Shown: positions 11,735 to 23,553, counted from the stretch's first letter. The stretch is DNA of 64,000 bases from Macrostomum lignano (GCA_002269645.1 NIVC01002508.1:35923-99922); one strand, 5' to 3'. Numbers and translations are program-made. The notes: a model not told the origin generated them from the letters alone.

Positions 11735-13651
11735 TCAAATAGCGCAACAATAGGGAATTACTATATATTCACCTCCAGATGATGGCAACAAGAAGCACTT
11801 TCTGCTTGCATTACCAGTAACAACATTACGTGTCACATGGTAAAATCCAATATTCAGAATTTCTGATGAATATGGACTTGTATACAAAGGATGCGAAAAC
11901 TTTAACACATGACCAGTTAGGACATTTCCTACTACTGTACTGATGAGTATTGGAACTCCATTTACAACTGCACAATTATTTGGAGACTTCTTAGAAAAAA
12001 ACACAATACTAGCTGGATCACTTGTAAGAGTAGCACGGACATTAAAAAACTGGTGCAAAATATGCTTAGAAGCAAAGCGGGTAACTGAAATTCGTCTTTT
12101 AACATGCCCCAAATAGTTTTCGAAGTCAAATGCAGAAAAATTGTCAAGTTTTCCATATAGACAAACAAATTCATAAAGATGGAGCAAAGTGTGAGGGTTA
12201 TAAGAAATTGATGCTTCACCATACAATGACTCCATTTCCTTAACAAAAATCTCAATACAACGATGAGCATTTGGTAAGAGAGTCTGGTGGACATCAGAGC
12301 AAAAAACATAGATAGAAAAGTACAAGTGAAGAAAGTGGTCATAGTATTTTTGTGGTAAAAACTTTCTGAAGAAAAAAGGCCCCAAATATAGCAAAAAGAG
12401 TCGAAACTCAGTTGCTTTAAAGTGAGCTAAATTTGTATCAATACGGCGAGGCCTCCGCTGAAACTCAGCAGGAGTGAACTTGGCATAGCTATCAATAAAA
12501 TCAGACAGCTCTTTTAACTTTAGTGCTGAAATCTTACAAGATGAACCAAACTTAGATGAAAAAAGAAAATTAAAAACTTTTCTACAAACACCTAAACATA
12601 CAGCATGTTGATAGTCAGGTGGAAAATGAGAATAAAAACCAATATTTTTAATACTCAGCAAAGGTGTTGAATGCCCTACCTTCTGGTTATTTTCTTTAGA
12701 ATCAGCATAGCACTGATCAGTTCGCAAAGTACCAATAGAAGATGAAAAAACAATACGATTAGCAAAATGTCTACCTTCAGCTTGACAATAACTACATCCC
12801 ATGCGAGAGTTATGGTTCATAATAGAGCAGATATGAGCATGAGCAGGGGCATCACAAACAAAAAGAGCACGGACTAACTTAAAATGGTGGCCAAGAACTT
12901 GAATACCATTACTAAAAAAAATGTTTAGCTCTTCACAGAAGCGTGATAACAAAATATTCAATGATGGTTTACTTTTACCAACAAAAATAGCAATGGGCAA
13001 TGGACGCAAATAGCCTGATACTTTCATTAAAATTGGCCAAGCTGACATGGAAGAACTATTATACAAGGGCATTCCATCTATATTGAAAATGGAATTTACT
13101 TTTATGTGCCCAGTTTCAGAATCAGTAATGCATTTTGAAAAGTCAAAATAATTATTGCTAACACAAAATTCCAAATTTTTGGCCATTGATACATAGAAAA
13201 AGTCTCCTTCAGTAGCAATAATAGAATAATAAGAAGAATTAGCAGAATGCTTTTTCAAGCCATATACAGACTTTGGAACTGAAATACCCTTGCGATTTAA
13301 AAAGGCAAGGATCCAAGCCATAGCAGAGCGTGACACATTAAAAAGTATATAAAATAGAAGCAGTTCTTGCTCAATTGTTAGCTCTGGCGTAGCATCTTCA
13401 ACTTCAGGTATATCTTGATCCTCTTCTACAAGGTCTTCATCTGATTCACTATTATCCATTGGATTGCCATGACTGTTGCCAAGAAAGTCAGTGTCGTATT
13501 CTTCAGCTTGAATGAATTCTTCATCTTGTTGATGATTATTGCCTTGGGCTTGATCTTGGTTAATGGGTTCAGATGCTTTTTGAAGCTGCTCTACTTCAAT
13601 TTCCTCTAAACAACCCTGAAGCACTTTTCTAGCAAAGTTACGTTTGGACAT
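11735..13651 (-). CDS. EnSpm/CACTA-type (Transposase_21/DUF4218-like) DDE transposase, 638 aa, uninterrupted
   Basis: Motifs NIDGMP..WPIL, FVCDAPA, GCSYC, RTD, PPDYQHAVCLG, EFQRRPR, FKATEFRLFLLY, YNPHTLLHL and SAFDFENYLG are typical of animal CMC-EnSpm transposases. Confidence 0.92.
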   Translation of the reverse strand: MSKRNFARKVLQGCLEEIEVEQLQKASEPINQDQAQGNNHQQDEEFIQAEEYDTDFLGNSHGNPMDNSESDEDLVEEDQDIPEVEDATPELTIEQELLLFYILFNVSRSAMAWILAFLNRKGISVPKSVYGLKKHSANSSYYSIIATEGDFFYVSMAKNLEFCVSNNYFDFSKCITDSETGHIKVNSIFNIDGMPLYNSSSMSAWPILMKVSGYLRPLPIAIFVGKSKPSLNILLSRFCEELNIFFSNGIQVLGHHFKLVRALFVCDAPAHAHICSIMNHNSRMGCSYCQAEGRHFANRIVFSSSIGTLRTDQCYADSKENNQKVGHSTPLLSIKNIGFYSHFPPDYQHAVCLGVCRKVFNFLFSSKFGSSCKISALKLKELSDFIDSYAKFTPAEFQRRPRRIDTNLAHFKATEFRLFLLYLGPFFFRKFLPQKYYDHFLHLYFSIYVFCSDVHQTLLPNAHRCIEIFVKEMESLYGEASISYNPHTLLHLYEFVCLYGKLDNFSAFDFENYLGHVKRRISVTRFASKHILHQFFNVRATLTSDPASIVFFSKKSPNNCAVVNGVPILISTVVGNVLTGHVLKFSHPLYTSPYSSEILNIGFYHVTRNVVTGNASRKCFLLPSSGGEYIVIPYCCAI

Positions 13652-15144
13652 CTGAAAAATAATTCACAAGTAAAATCATTTATATCACAATATCTTATAG
13701 TAATTGGCAAATAATACTATACTATACTCATACTATATTTACCATGAATAATTATAAACAATTACATTCTTTTATTTCTATATATACCTGGCACTGCACA
13801 GGCACTAGCTAAAGCATATAAATATTTATAGCTAATATATATAGCTATGACATAGCTATAGTAATATGGCCTACAATACAAAATAGTTATACAAATATAG
13901 CAAATATATAACAAGGAAAACACAGCATCTACCTGGCATTTGAGGAATTGATCTACACACACATAGTAGCTAATAATTGATATGTTCCTAGGCTATAGCC
14001 CATAAAAGCCCTAAATAAAGTAAAGATATAGTGGGTTAAAGGTAAAGCTATATACTGTCATGCTTGCTGGGTTAAATTGCAAAGAACAATTAGGCATTGC
14101 ACTTCCACTGTTGCCAAGCCATGTGTGTTGTGTACATTTATGCAACTAAAAAAAAGAAAAAACAATTTTGAAACATGCATAGCATGTGAGTTAATCATAA
14201 AAAGATAGCTAGCCAGCTAATTCAAAAGTGAAGTTTGCAAAGGATCTGCAATACAAGCCATCCACAAAATAAAACACGTGAGCATGAAAATCGGAGGAAA
14301 CTATATGCTAAACAGACCATCAAAATAACAAGTATGACAAAAATCCACATTCTCCTGCTCCAAACAGAAATTGCAAAACAATATTGGTACTATGTAAAAT
14401 AGACGTGCGTCGTGATGCTTTGCAACATATAAGTTTATCAAACCAATTTTGTCTACTAATTATTAACAAAAAACTGCACAGTAGTTGCCAAAAAGAAAAC
14501 ACTTTACATAATACGTACTGTGTAGAGCAAATCCAACTTAGTTCTAGAGTTATTACACAATTCCCTGACCTCAGTTTTACTCACAGTCTTTTTGGGAAAT
14601 TTGGTTTACCGTTGAGAAACAACGGCAATTCAACGAAGAGCAATCACAACGGTTTTACAACGGTTTCACAACGCACTTCAAAAAATGAAATATTGGCTCA
14701 GTAAGCAAAATAAAAGCTTTTTTAATTGCTTACGAGCCATTTTGGGTACAAAGACAAACTTTTTTGTTCCCAACGCTTTTGTGACATACCTCCGTTGAAA
14801 CACCGTTGGATCAACGTTGTCTTTTCCACTGGGATATAAGCAAAAGTGAGCAAAATTCGCTGCTGGACCAGAATAAGGAGATTTACACTAACGCGTCTGG
14901 TCCAGCGGCGGCAAAGTAATGAAAAGCATAAAATTAAACGGGATACGCAAGAAGGCAAACGGAGGGACAACTTACACGGGGTGGGGATTAAAGAAATCCC
15001 ATAGCGGGATGGGGTGCGTGACAAAAATTACGGAAAACTGTCCCTTCAAGGGGAAACGAAATAACGGCTTGGGAAACGTACACTTGGCGTGAAACATCAA
15101 TTTCAAAAGTTATTAAACTGCTAATAAATAAATATTAAAAAAAC

Positions 15145-15165
15145 CAGGGGCAGCCACCTGCCACA
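15145..15165 (+). repeat. 21-bp GC-rich hairpin motif CAGGGGCAGCCACCTGCCACA, copy 1 (copy 2 at 22791-22811)
   Basis: Exact direct repeat, both copies preceded by aatattaa; internal stem GGCAG/CTGCC. Confidence 0.85.
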
Positions 15166-15485
15166 TAAGGTAAAGGCAGATGCATTTTTCTTAGAACCGG
15201 TAATAACAAGTAACTAACTATTACTTTTTAATAAACATAATTAGTACGACAAATAATTATGCTTATAAGACATTCAGATAGGTATGCTCCAGTCCTATCG
15301 GACAACTTACATGCTATTTTTTGTTTATCTTTGGGAAATTTTAAATCGAAAAATCTGGCCGGGGTTGGGCCTTAAAAAAGTCATGACCGGTTTTTCAGTT
15401 CCAGTTCCCGATAAGATAAAAATAACAAAAAGATCAATTTAGCAGAAAACACCTAAATGTAAAACGATTTTTTTGTCGAAACTCA

Positions 15486-15788
15486 AATTTACCATCTGAA
15501 ATCTGTGTATATATAAAAAATCAGCTCCACACACCTTACTGTTGCTTCAGTGCAGGTCTCCAATCTTGCATAGCGTGATGTTGAAACGTCAGTAACTGCA
15601 GAATTTTGCATACAGGCCAAATCATTCTACCCCTAGAACTACGAAATACCAAACAGCGACTGTTAACCAATTTTATTTTTGCAATTTACCATCTGAAATC
15701 TGTGTATATATAAAAAATCAGCTCCACACACCTTACTGTTGCTTCAGTGCAGGTCTCGAATCTTGCATGGCGTGATGTCGCAACGTCA
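15486..15788. repeat. 106-bp direct repeat pair (15486-15591, 15683-15788)
   Basis: aatttaccatctgaaatctgtgtatatataaaaaatcagctccacacaccttactgttgcttcagtgcaggtctc... occurs twice. Confidence 0.9.
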
Positions 15789-16429
15789 AAAACTCGTTAC
15801 AAATCATATTTTATTGAAATCGAACCGATTAAAGCACAAAAACAGACAGAACCTAGCCCTTTGTTTTTTTGCAGCATACATTTTTTTTGCACGAGTATAT
15901 AGTGACATTAAACACAGCACATTTGATTATACATGGGAATGAAGAAATTTCGTAAATTTGCTTGTTCATAGCTAGCTAGAATGGCACATCTAAAAATTTT
16001 TGACTAATGCCGAACGTTTGCAAAACAGAAAAAAAAACAGATAATATGTGTAAAATATAGACATGTACGTGTATTTTTAGCAGGGAAAACATTAAAATTG
16101 ATTTTTGAGCAGTACTGCAAAAAGCACCAGTAAACGTACAATAAACAACAATGGCACAAAAATCAATTTGTGCAAGCCGCATTGAACATCGGTTTTAGCG
16201 AATATTGCTTGAATGTACGCATAAATGACTTGTATATCCATTTCATTTCGGCCACAAAGCGAGTGTGCACTTTCCTCGGTAAGAATACATCTACCGTCCT
16301 TGTTACAGATAGGAAAACTCAAACCATCTGGAATACCAGCAATAATGCAAGTAGAAGTATCCAGACATCGAGCAACTGCCGGATGCTCAACTTGGTAGTT
16401 TTTTCTACGTTGTCGAGTTTGCCGAAATT

Positions 16430-16490
16430 TCCGAGGTTGCCGAGGCCGAGGTTGCCGAGGTTGCCGAGGTTGCCGAGGTTGCCGAGGTTG
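16430..16490. repeat. 9-bp coding repeat ccgaggttg giving (PRQ)n in the MULE frame
   Basis: Read directly. Confidence 0.9.
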
Positions 16491-18699
16491 TTGTTGCGTT
16501 TGACGTCGCCGACGTTGGTTAGTGCGACTTTCGGAAGTCTGCTTACTGACTTCTGGAAAACAGCCGGTCCTCTGTTCAACACGTTCTCCTATGCCTTCTG
16601 TTTCGCAGGTCGGATCTGTGGTTTTTTCACTGCTGAACTCAGTTGCATCGCTGCATCTTTCTTCGGGCTGGCTTTCGCTGTCGAATTTGAAGTTAAAGTA
16701 GCGAGGTTGGACAAACTTTGCTCTTTTTTTCTTTTGCCATGTTTCAGTTGCATCCTGTTGATCCTCTTCATTCAATTTCCTTTTCTTGTAACATCGTGGC
16801 AGTCCATTGCAGCAGCGTTCGTACACCAAAATGTGCTTCTGCGTCCGCTCAAACAAGAAGTCGACAAATGTAGAAGCGCTAACTTGTTGTGTCACATTGG
16901 CCAATTTTGTGCTCTTAATTTGCCGGAAATGGTTCTCGGCAGTTACATTAGAATACCACGACTTAATGAGATTAAGCGATGGAAACGCTTGAACAACAAA
17001 ATGACCCCACAAAGGAGAAAGTGGTAGCCATTGTTCGATCAGAAAATCAAGTAGCTCCGGAGAATAAAAGTTATTGGCCGGATCCACGTCCTTGCGCTGT
17101 TCAAACGACGTCAGCTGACAAAACCTTTTATAAAACGGCGAGTTTCTTCGCAAAGATGACGTTGTCTCGTCCTCGACTTCGAATTCTGGTGGCCTTTCTT
17201 CAATTCCGATCGATTCGCTTGAATCTGAGCTTTTGACTCCTTTCTTCCAGTCAGATATTCTCTGAGTCAACATAAAGACGACACGTGGGACAGCTTTTGC
17301 TGACCCAAGAATTTTGATGAGCAGCGTTGCGTTGAAAACGAAGGCTTCATATGTCTCGCAGTACATCAGTAGTATGAAGCCATGTATAAACAGTCGCATG
17401 ACTCGTTGTGAGACATTGTGAAGTGGCGGCCTTTTAAAACTGCGACGAACAGCAGCAATCGCATGATTTGAGCATATGAATGGAGGGGCAGACATATTTA
17501 TGAGCCTGCCGCTTTTACCACAACTCGAATTTTCAAAGAATTCAAAATATCGGCTTAGAACATCGCTGAGTCGAAGCTGAGTTATTTCGATGCAAACTCC
17601 GTGCAACAAGGCCCACGAAAAGTCAATAACAACCATTCCTATTGGTGGCTGAATACGTGAGTGTAGGCGGTTCAGGGATTGCGCGAATTGAAGTAGAAAG
17701 CTTACAACGTTTTCAACTTTGTGGCTGTTCATCAAGGCATCGGCGATATTGACAGGCACGGTCTCCACTGGACTCTCTATTGTTACAGAGTACAGGAAAA
17801 TAGGTTTGCTGCAAAAGTTCACACTCTTAACAATTCCTCCTGTGGCGTCCAGATGCAGCACATGGCTTTCCATTTTTCTAAAAAGTAATCTAAGTTGGTC
17901 TTCACAGACCATATATACATGGAATGGGCTTACGCCGATCGACTAAATGTAGCCCTTAAGAGTTTTATCAGAAGTTTTCTTCTCAAATTCAGACATCTGA
18001 TAGTACAGCTGCTTAATAATATCCTTGCTGACCTTGTCTTTGGTTGCAGCTATGTGCCTAACACGCTTGTGTCTGTGAATGCTGCCTGCTTGACTGTAGT
18101 TGTGAGACATGATTAGATTGGCATCTGCAGAACAGACTTTGTCGTAAAACATGCAAGCAGTTGAAGGTAATGGTATTTTTCCGCCTGCATTTTCAAGCAG
18201 TTCTTCAACTGCTGCAGCAGTCTCCTCTTCTGTCGCTCTTCGAAAAGTAGCATTTTCGTGACATTGTTTGCCACGAACAGTGATGATCACCGTTCCAGAA
18301 TTCAAGGTAAACAGTGCAGATTTAGGAATACATATTTGGAATTCTCGATGGCAAGATTCGTGCTTGGAAACGACTTCATGCTTGAGCCACACGTCGGATT
18401 CTGCTCTAGAATTGTCAGTATTTACATTTGCGTAGATCTTTCGCTTCTTAAAAACAATGATGCATGTTGTGTGTTGCTCTAATCGCTCGTCTTTCTCGTC
18501 TATCGCTCGTCTAATCGTCTTTCTCCATTCTCTTGCTGTTTCTTCAGTTAACTTCCGTTGGTTTATACCTTCATCAAGAATTTTTTTCCACAGCTGACCA
18601 CAAAGCTCTGTTTGAAAACAATAAATTTGTTCATCATCGTTCGTGGCACTCGGAAATTGACGTTCCTGAGCATTGCTTTCGGCCGGCTGTTCACTATCC

Positions 18700-18885
18700 T
18701 CTTCTTGCTTATCGGCTAGGTGTTCGCTTTCTTCTTCTTGCTCATCGGCCGGGTGTTCACTATCCTCTTCTTGCTCATCGGCTAGGTGTTCGCTTTCTTC
18801 TTCTTGCTCATCGGCCGGGTGTTCACTATCCTCTTCTTGCTCATCGGCTAGGTGTTCGCTTTCTTCTTCTTGCTCATCGGCCGAG
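18700..18885. repeat. 33-bp coding repeat giving acidic (DEQEEESEHLA/DEQEEDSEHPA)n
   Basis: Read directly in ORF 17943-19103. Confidence 0.9.
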
Positions 18886-20373
18886 GGTTCCAAAGATTCT
18901 GCGATTGTCTGAACGGACGATTTAGCAGTTGCAGGATAGCGTTTTATAATTTGTAGATATTTTATCTGAATCTTTCTTCTATTCTCGAGGCGATTCGCAA
19001 CTCCGAGAAGGTGACACGTAGCACCCCACGAACTTCGTGCATCTCGCCAGTGACCAGCAGGTCTTGGAAAAATAGGCTTTTCAAGCAAACTCTGTAGTTT
19101 CAAGAGTTGGGCCTGAAATGATCAAATATGGTAGCAATAAGTTTTCTTCAACAGAAGAAAAAATAATAATAAGAAAATAATCTTTCTCCGGATCCAGATG
19201 AGGATTCCCTGTTGAGATGGATCCAGAGATTTTCTCATAGTCAATTGGAATCTTCCACGTATAATAATTTTGGTATGCCAAAAATTCTAATAATCGGGAC
19301 CTCGTAAAAATAATAGAGTTGAACCACATCCGCTCAGTGGATTCTCTGTATAGAACCTTGGACCCTCAGAACCAATGATCGTGATCTATGAATAATTTTA
19401 CTGTCAAAAAAACAACTGCCCAAAAATCTCATTGTCAATAACTGATGTATTCACATTCACTCGACTGACATCATCGGCATCGTAAAGTGAGTCAAGTCAG
19501 CAAGTGTCAGATTATCAACTGCCTGTGACAATCAGTAGCATCAGAATGGTTCGTCTGGTGAATTCGGTCACAGGATTACCTGAATTTCAGGGACTCTAAT
19601 TGTTGGTGAGACCCTTCCTAGACTTTTTAGCCTTTGGGTTCTCTGTGAGTCTCTTCACATGGCCCCTCTTTCAGTAGGATTGCTAGGGTAGGATATCTAT
19701 TGTCTATTTACTTGTGAGGATTAGAAGCAGAATATCTTAACATTATTGTGAGTAGGCTACTCTGCTGATTAAAGAAGTTACTTGTAAGTATCGATTTCTT
19801 ATCAGTCATGCATGAAAATCATGCAACACATCAGTGTAATACATGTATGTACGAGTATGCTACCGGCAGGGCGCGGGCTTCGTGACCAGGAGTAGGAGGC
19901 CACAGTGTGTCTAGAAGGAGCATCCGGCATTCCCGAGGACAGACCTAGTCAAGTCAAGACCGAGACTTTTCGGTCAGATTTGTAACTCTTTCCTATTTTT
20001 CTGGGGTTCATGATGACGCAAAGAATGATCTGATCAATTCATGTAAAAGTTTTTGCTCCGGCGATTCCTGCATGGCTTCTGAGAAGCAGGCTTGGCGGAA
20101 CTGGGGGCAGGGTGGGAAATGGCCTATCCAATAATTTTTTTGAGGGGGGTGGTATTGTCTTCCCAGTATTTCAATGACATCAATATGATTTAGGCACGTC
20201 CTGGGCCCCCACGAATTTGGCACACCCTCCCTTCCTCCCCTGTGATTCCTCAAACCAATTAGAATTCCAGTATAATTGACTGGGTAAGACTCATGTCATG
20301 CTTCCCCAAAGGACTCATGCTAATGCTTATCACCCACCCCACACTCCGCGCGCCAACCCCACCTCCTTTCTAT

Positions 20374-20660
20374 TGTACGAAATCAATCGTATTTCGTACA
20401 GCTTTATTTTTTGTTACAGCTTTACGACCTTAATTCTGTCTTCCCAAGCTTTTCCCCACCTGTTACGTAATCCTTATCATAAATCCTTCTTCTCCGATGC
20501 GCCTCATCGTAATTTCTTGTCCAATCACAGCGCGGCTGGCGGATGGCGTCATTGGGGTTGCTTGGTAACGGAGGTCAAGGACAGGTCACGGCCTTCAGTA
20601 TCACGCATCACGCTCACGTGATCGCCTAACACGTGATCTCAGGGCTATAAATAGCCTGTT
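20374..20660. promoter_or_regulatory. Candidate promoter: CCAAT (20521), two CACGTG E-boxes (20615, 20630), TATAAATA (20646)
   Basis: Motifs read directly in a GC/CpG-richer patch upstream of the MULE ORF; function is inferred. Confidence 0.4.
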
Positions 20661-22790
20661 ATAAATACTTTGATTGCTCCTAGATCCTCAGTATCTCCCA
20701 AATAAGCACCCGATAACTGTTCTTTCCTTCCCCATCGTCTGCAACTTCCCCTAACACCCACCCCAATCCAAGAAGAGATCGCCCATGACTGCAGCCGCCG
20801 CCGTAACTATCCGACGACCAACCGCGCCAAGCAGCCGCGTTTGTTAAGGTACTTTCCTCTGTTGCGTTGCCAGCACCCAGAGCCAAGGCTTTGCGTGCAG
20901 CTGACGTGCAGCCCGAATACATTAAATAACTATATTATGACATTTGTCTCTACTCATCGTTACCGGCTTCTCTGTCCAAAAATAGCAGAGTTTGACCATG
21001 TTTTGAACCCCTCCCAAATATTTTTCTTCTACCACCGCGCCTGCTCAGATGCAAGAGTCAAGGAAAACCCATGAAAATAAAATACATTTGTTCACGTTTC
21101 GGACGATAAAAAAGTAATCCTGTGAATTCTTCTGCGATTATGCATATCACTGTTATTGACCCATTACCCAAAGTAGCCTGCATGAATTTTCCACGTGTTG
21201 CCTTAACCATTATATTTTGTGACGCGACCCTTCTTGTTCGGTGCTGACGGCTATGCACTTATCAATAAAAGAGTCTACGTAGCAAGAAAGTTTAGAATTT
21301 TAACTTCGACTGATTGTATTTAACCGTATTATATTATTTATTTGAAGACAGGAGTTAACTGTTGCTGTTAAATTATTGGTAGTAAGTACTAAGTATGGCG
21401 AATAGGCACAACGCGGCGGACAAACCAACAGCACACACGAGCCCAGCGAGACAAGAACACTAGAGAACAAAAATGCGATATAACCCACTTTTAAATAATG
21501 CAATACCCGTATTTCTATGAATGATACAGTAAAACAAATTTTATGTATAAATATAGAATAAATTTAAGATTCGTTTAATAAATAGTAGTTAGATTAATAA
21601 TATAATACTAAAAAGGCATTAATAACACTAGAATATTTTCAGAAATAAATATCAACATCGTTACAATATCATCGTCCACAGCCGTGATGTCATCCGCATT
21701 TTTTCCCAATCGCAGCTGCATTTGAGATTAAAAAGATACAGTACTATACAAACTTTTGGTGAGTATTTGTGGTGCCAATAGAGATTCTCAAGACTGATAT
21801 CGCTTTTATGTGTTCCAACAGAAAAATTGCTTTAAAACAATCAAAGTTATTTTTCTTTACACTATTTTTTGCATTTTTATCAAATTATACTTGATATGCA
21901 TAATCACATGAAAATTAATAATAAAACTAAAACTGGGCAAATTAGATCTGTTAGATCTGTACAGGTTTTATGCTTTGTAATTTTCCAAGGTGCACACAGT
22001 CAGTTTATCATTTTGTATCCATGCAGTTATTGGTATACTTTATGATATTTCTTTCTGACAAAGTAAAACCATTCACTGAGATAGAACGTATTCACAACTA
22101 ATTAGGACCTCTACTTTTTCGACTTTTTTAAGGATAAAATAAGCCATTAATTGTATTGCCGTTTAACCCGTTTTTCGATTTATTATTAGTTCAAGACCAT
22201 TTTAGATTTCAGATAATAATTTAAATAACTTTACAATAAACTGCCTTATCAAGTTTTGAAAGAATGAAAAATTATTTTTATAGACTCCTATTAGCTAGTT
22301 CTTTAGTTATTTAGACGCCATTACGAATTCTTACTTAATTATTCAAATTCACATTATCAAATGGTACTTAACTGTGTAATGTCTACATTTTTTAAATATG
22401 CTCGATTGAATCGGTTTGCTTTAAAATTTCGCCACATTTATCGCGACATTTTTTTCGAAAAAATCAAAAGTTTAAATACACAAATCTATATAAATATTAT
22501 CATTTTTATTTTAATTTTTAGTCTGTTTTCATTCGAGATTTATTAAAGTAAACGGTTGTTTTATTACGTGCTTCAACAATTCCGTTATGGCGGGATTTTG
22601 AAGTACGATTTAGGAGCTGTAAAAACTGAAAAACCGGTCATAAAAAAGTCATACCCGTCCAGAAACTGTAATGTTATTAAAATCAAATGAGCAAATAATC
22701 AATCGGTGGTACCCAACTACCACACATTCACGAAAGAGTAATAATTTTAAAAGATAATGAATAATGATTAAATGAATGCAACAATATTAA

Positions 22791-22811
22791 CAGGGGCAGC
22801 CACCTGCCACA
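22791..22811 (+). repeat. 21-bp hairpin motif, copy 2, followed by CTAGT
   Basis: See 15145-15165. Confidence 0.85.
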
Positions 22812-23553
22812 CTAGTATAGACTATGTAATACTAATAGTACTAGACTTATTCTTAACATCTTAAGCCATAGCTTTGTATAAATTCTTCCTTTGATCTACC
22901 TTTAGCTTAGCTTATTAACAATTTCTAACATCTCAGTAATCCCCTTATGAGTATTAGCATCTCATAAAATCTACCTATACTATATGAGCCTTGATACTTA
23001 ATACTTTACAAAATAAACCTTGATAGGCCTATCTTAGCAATTGCCCTAATAGCCATAGATTTTTTTCTGTTATTTATTTAGATTTCCCCAAATGAGTAGG
23101 GGGCCTATTGATACTAAAAATTTCTATTTAAGCCTTGATATATCTTAGAAATTTTCATATATGCTTTTACATCTTAACAATTTCCCTTATGTTTTTACAT
23201 CATAGTAGTTCTCCTTATTAGCCTTAAAACAAAACCAATTTGCTTTATCATAAGCCTTAGTATTGAATTAATTCCCCAATTAATTTAATATTTTATTTTG
23301 ATATAACAATTCTTTTATTGATTAGGCCAGGGCCTAACCTTCACCTTAATTCTAACCCTAGGCCTATTTATAGTCAAAGAATTTTATCCATGAACCATGA
23401 GCTATAACATTTTAGAAATTCCCTTTATAGCCCCAATAATTTTATGATTCCTTCTATAAGCCATGAGCCTTAAAAACTTGGCAAGTCCATTATGAGTATT
23501 TTGTAATTGACAAACCAATTCTTTTTTGGTTAAGGGCCTAACTTATGACTTAT

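Larger units (their letters stand above)
3481..14833 (-). mobile_element. Full-length EnSpm/CACTA (CMC superfamily) DNA transposon, 11,353 bp
   Basis: Left TIR 3481-3510 CCCAGCGGAAAAACCAACGTTGATTCAACG; right TIR 14804-14833 reverse-complements to CCCAGTGGAAAAGACAACGTTGATCCAACG (26/30). AT flanks both ends (3479-3480, 14834-14835). Subterminal CAACG/CGTTG motif clusters at 3495-3620 and 14610-14820. Encodes a transposase and a DUF4806-type gene. Confidence 0.9.
16092..19112 (-). pseudogene. NOF-FB/MULE (Mutator superfamily)-like transposase, ~1000 codons, with a single in-frame TAG at 17943-17945
   Basis: ORFs 17943-19103 and 16092-17912 share one frame: ...KGYI*SIGVSPFHVYMVCEDQL.... Catalytic-type motifs HLDATG, VIDFSWAL, CSNH (CxxH) and TAENHF. 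Acceptor catttcag|GCC at 19113-19114. Confidence 0.8.

Noticed and set aside
16170-17027. 285-aa plus-strand ORF
   Set aside because: Antisense shadow of the MULE transposase, including the 9-bp repeat.
19114-22000. Additional genes or upstream exons of the MULE element
   Set aside because: Several coding-looking stretches exist but contain stops, and I could not build a consistent splice model or recognise motifs.
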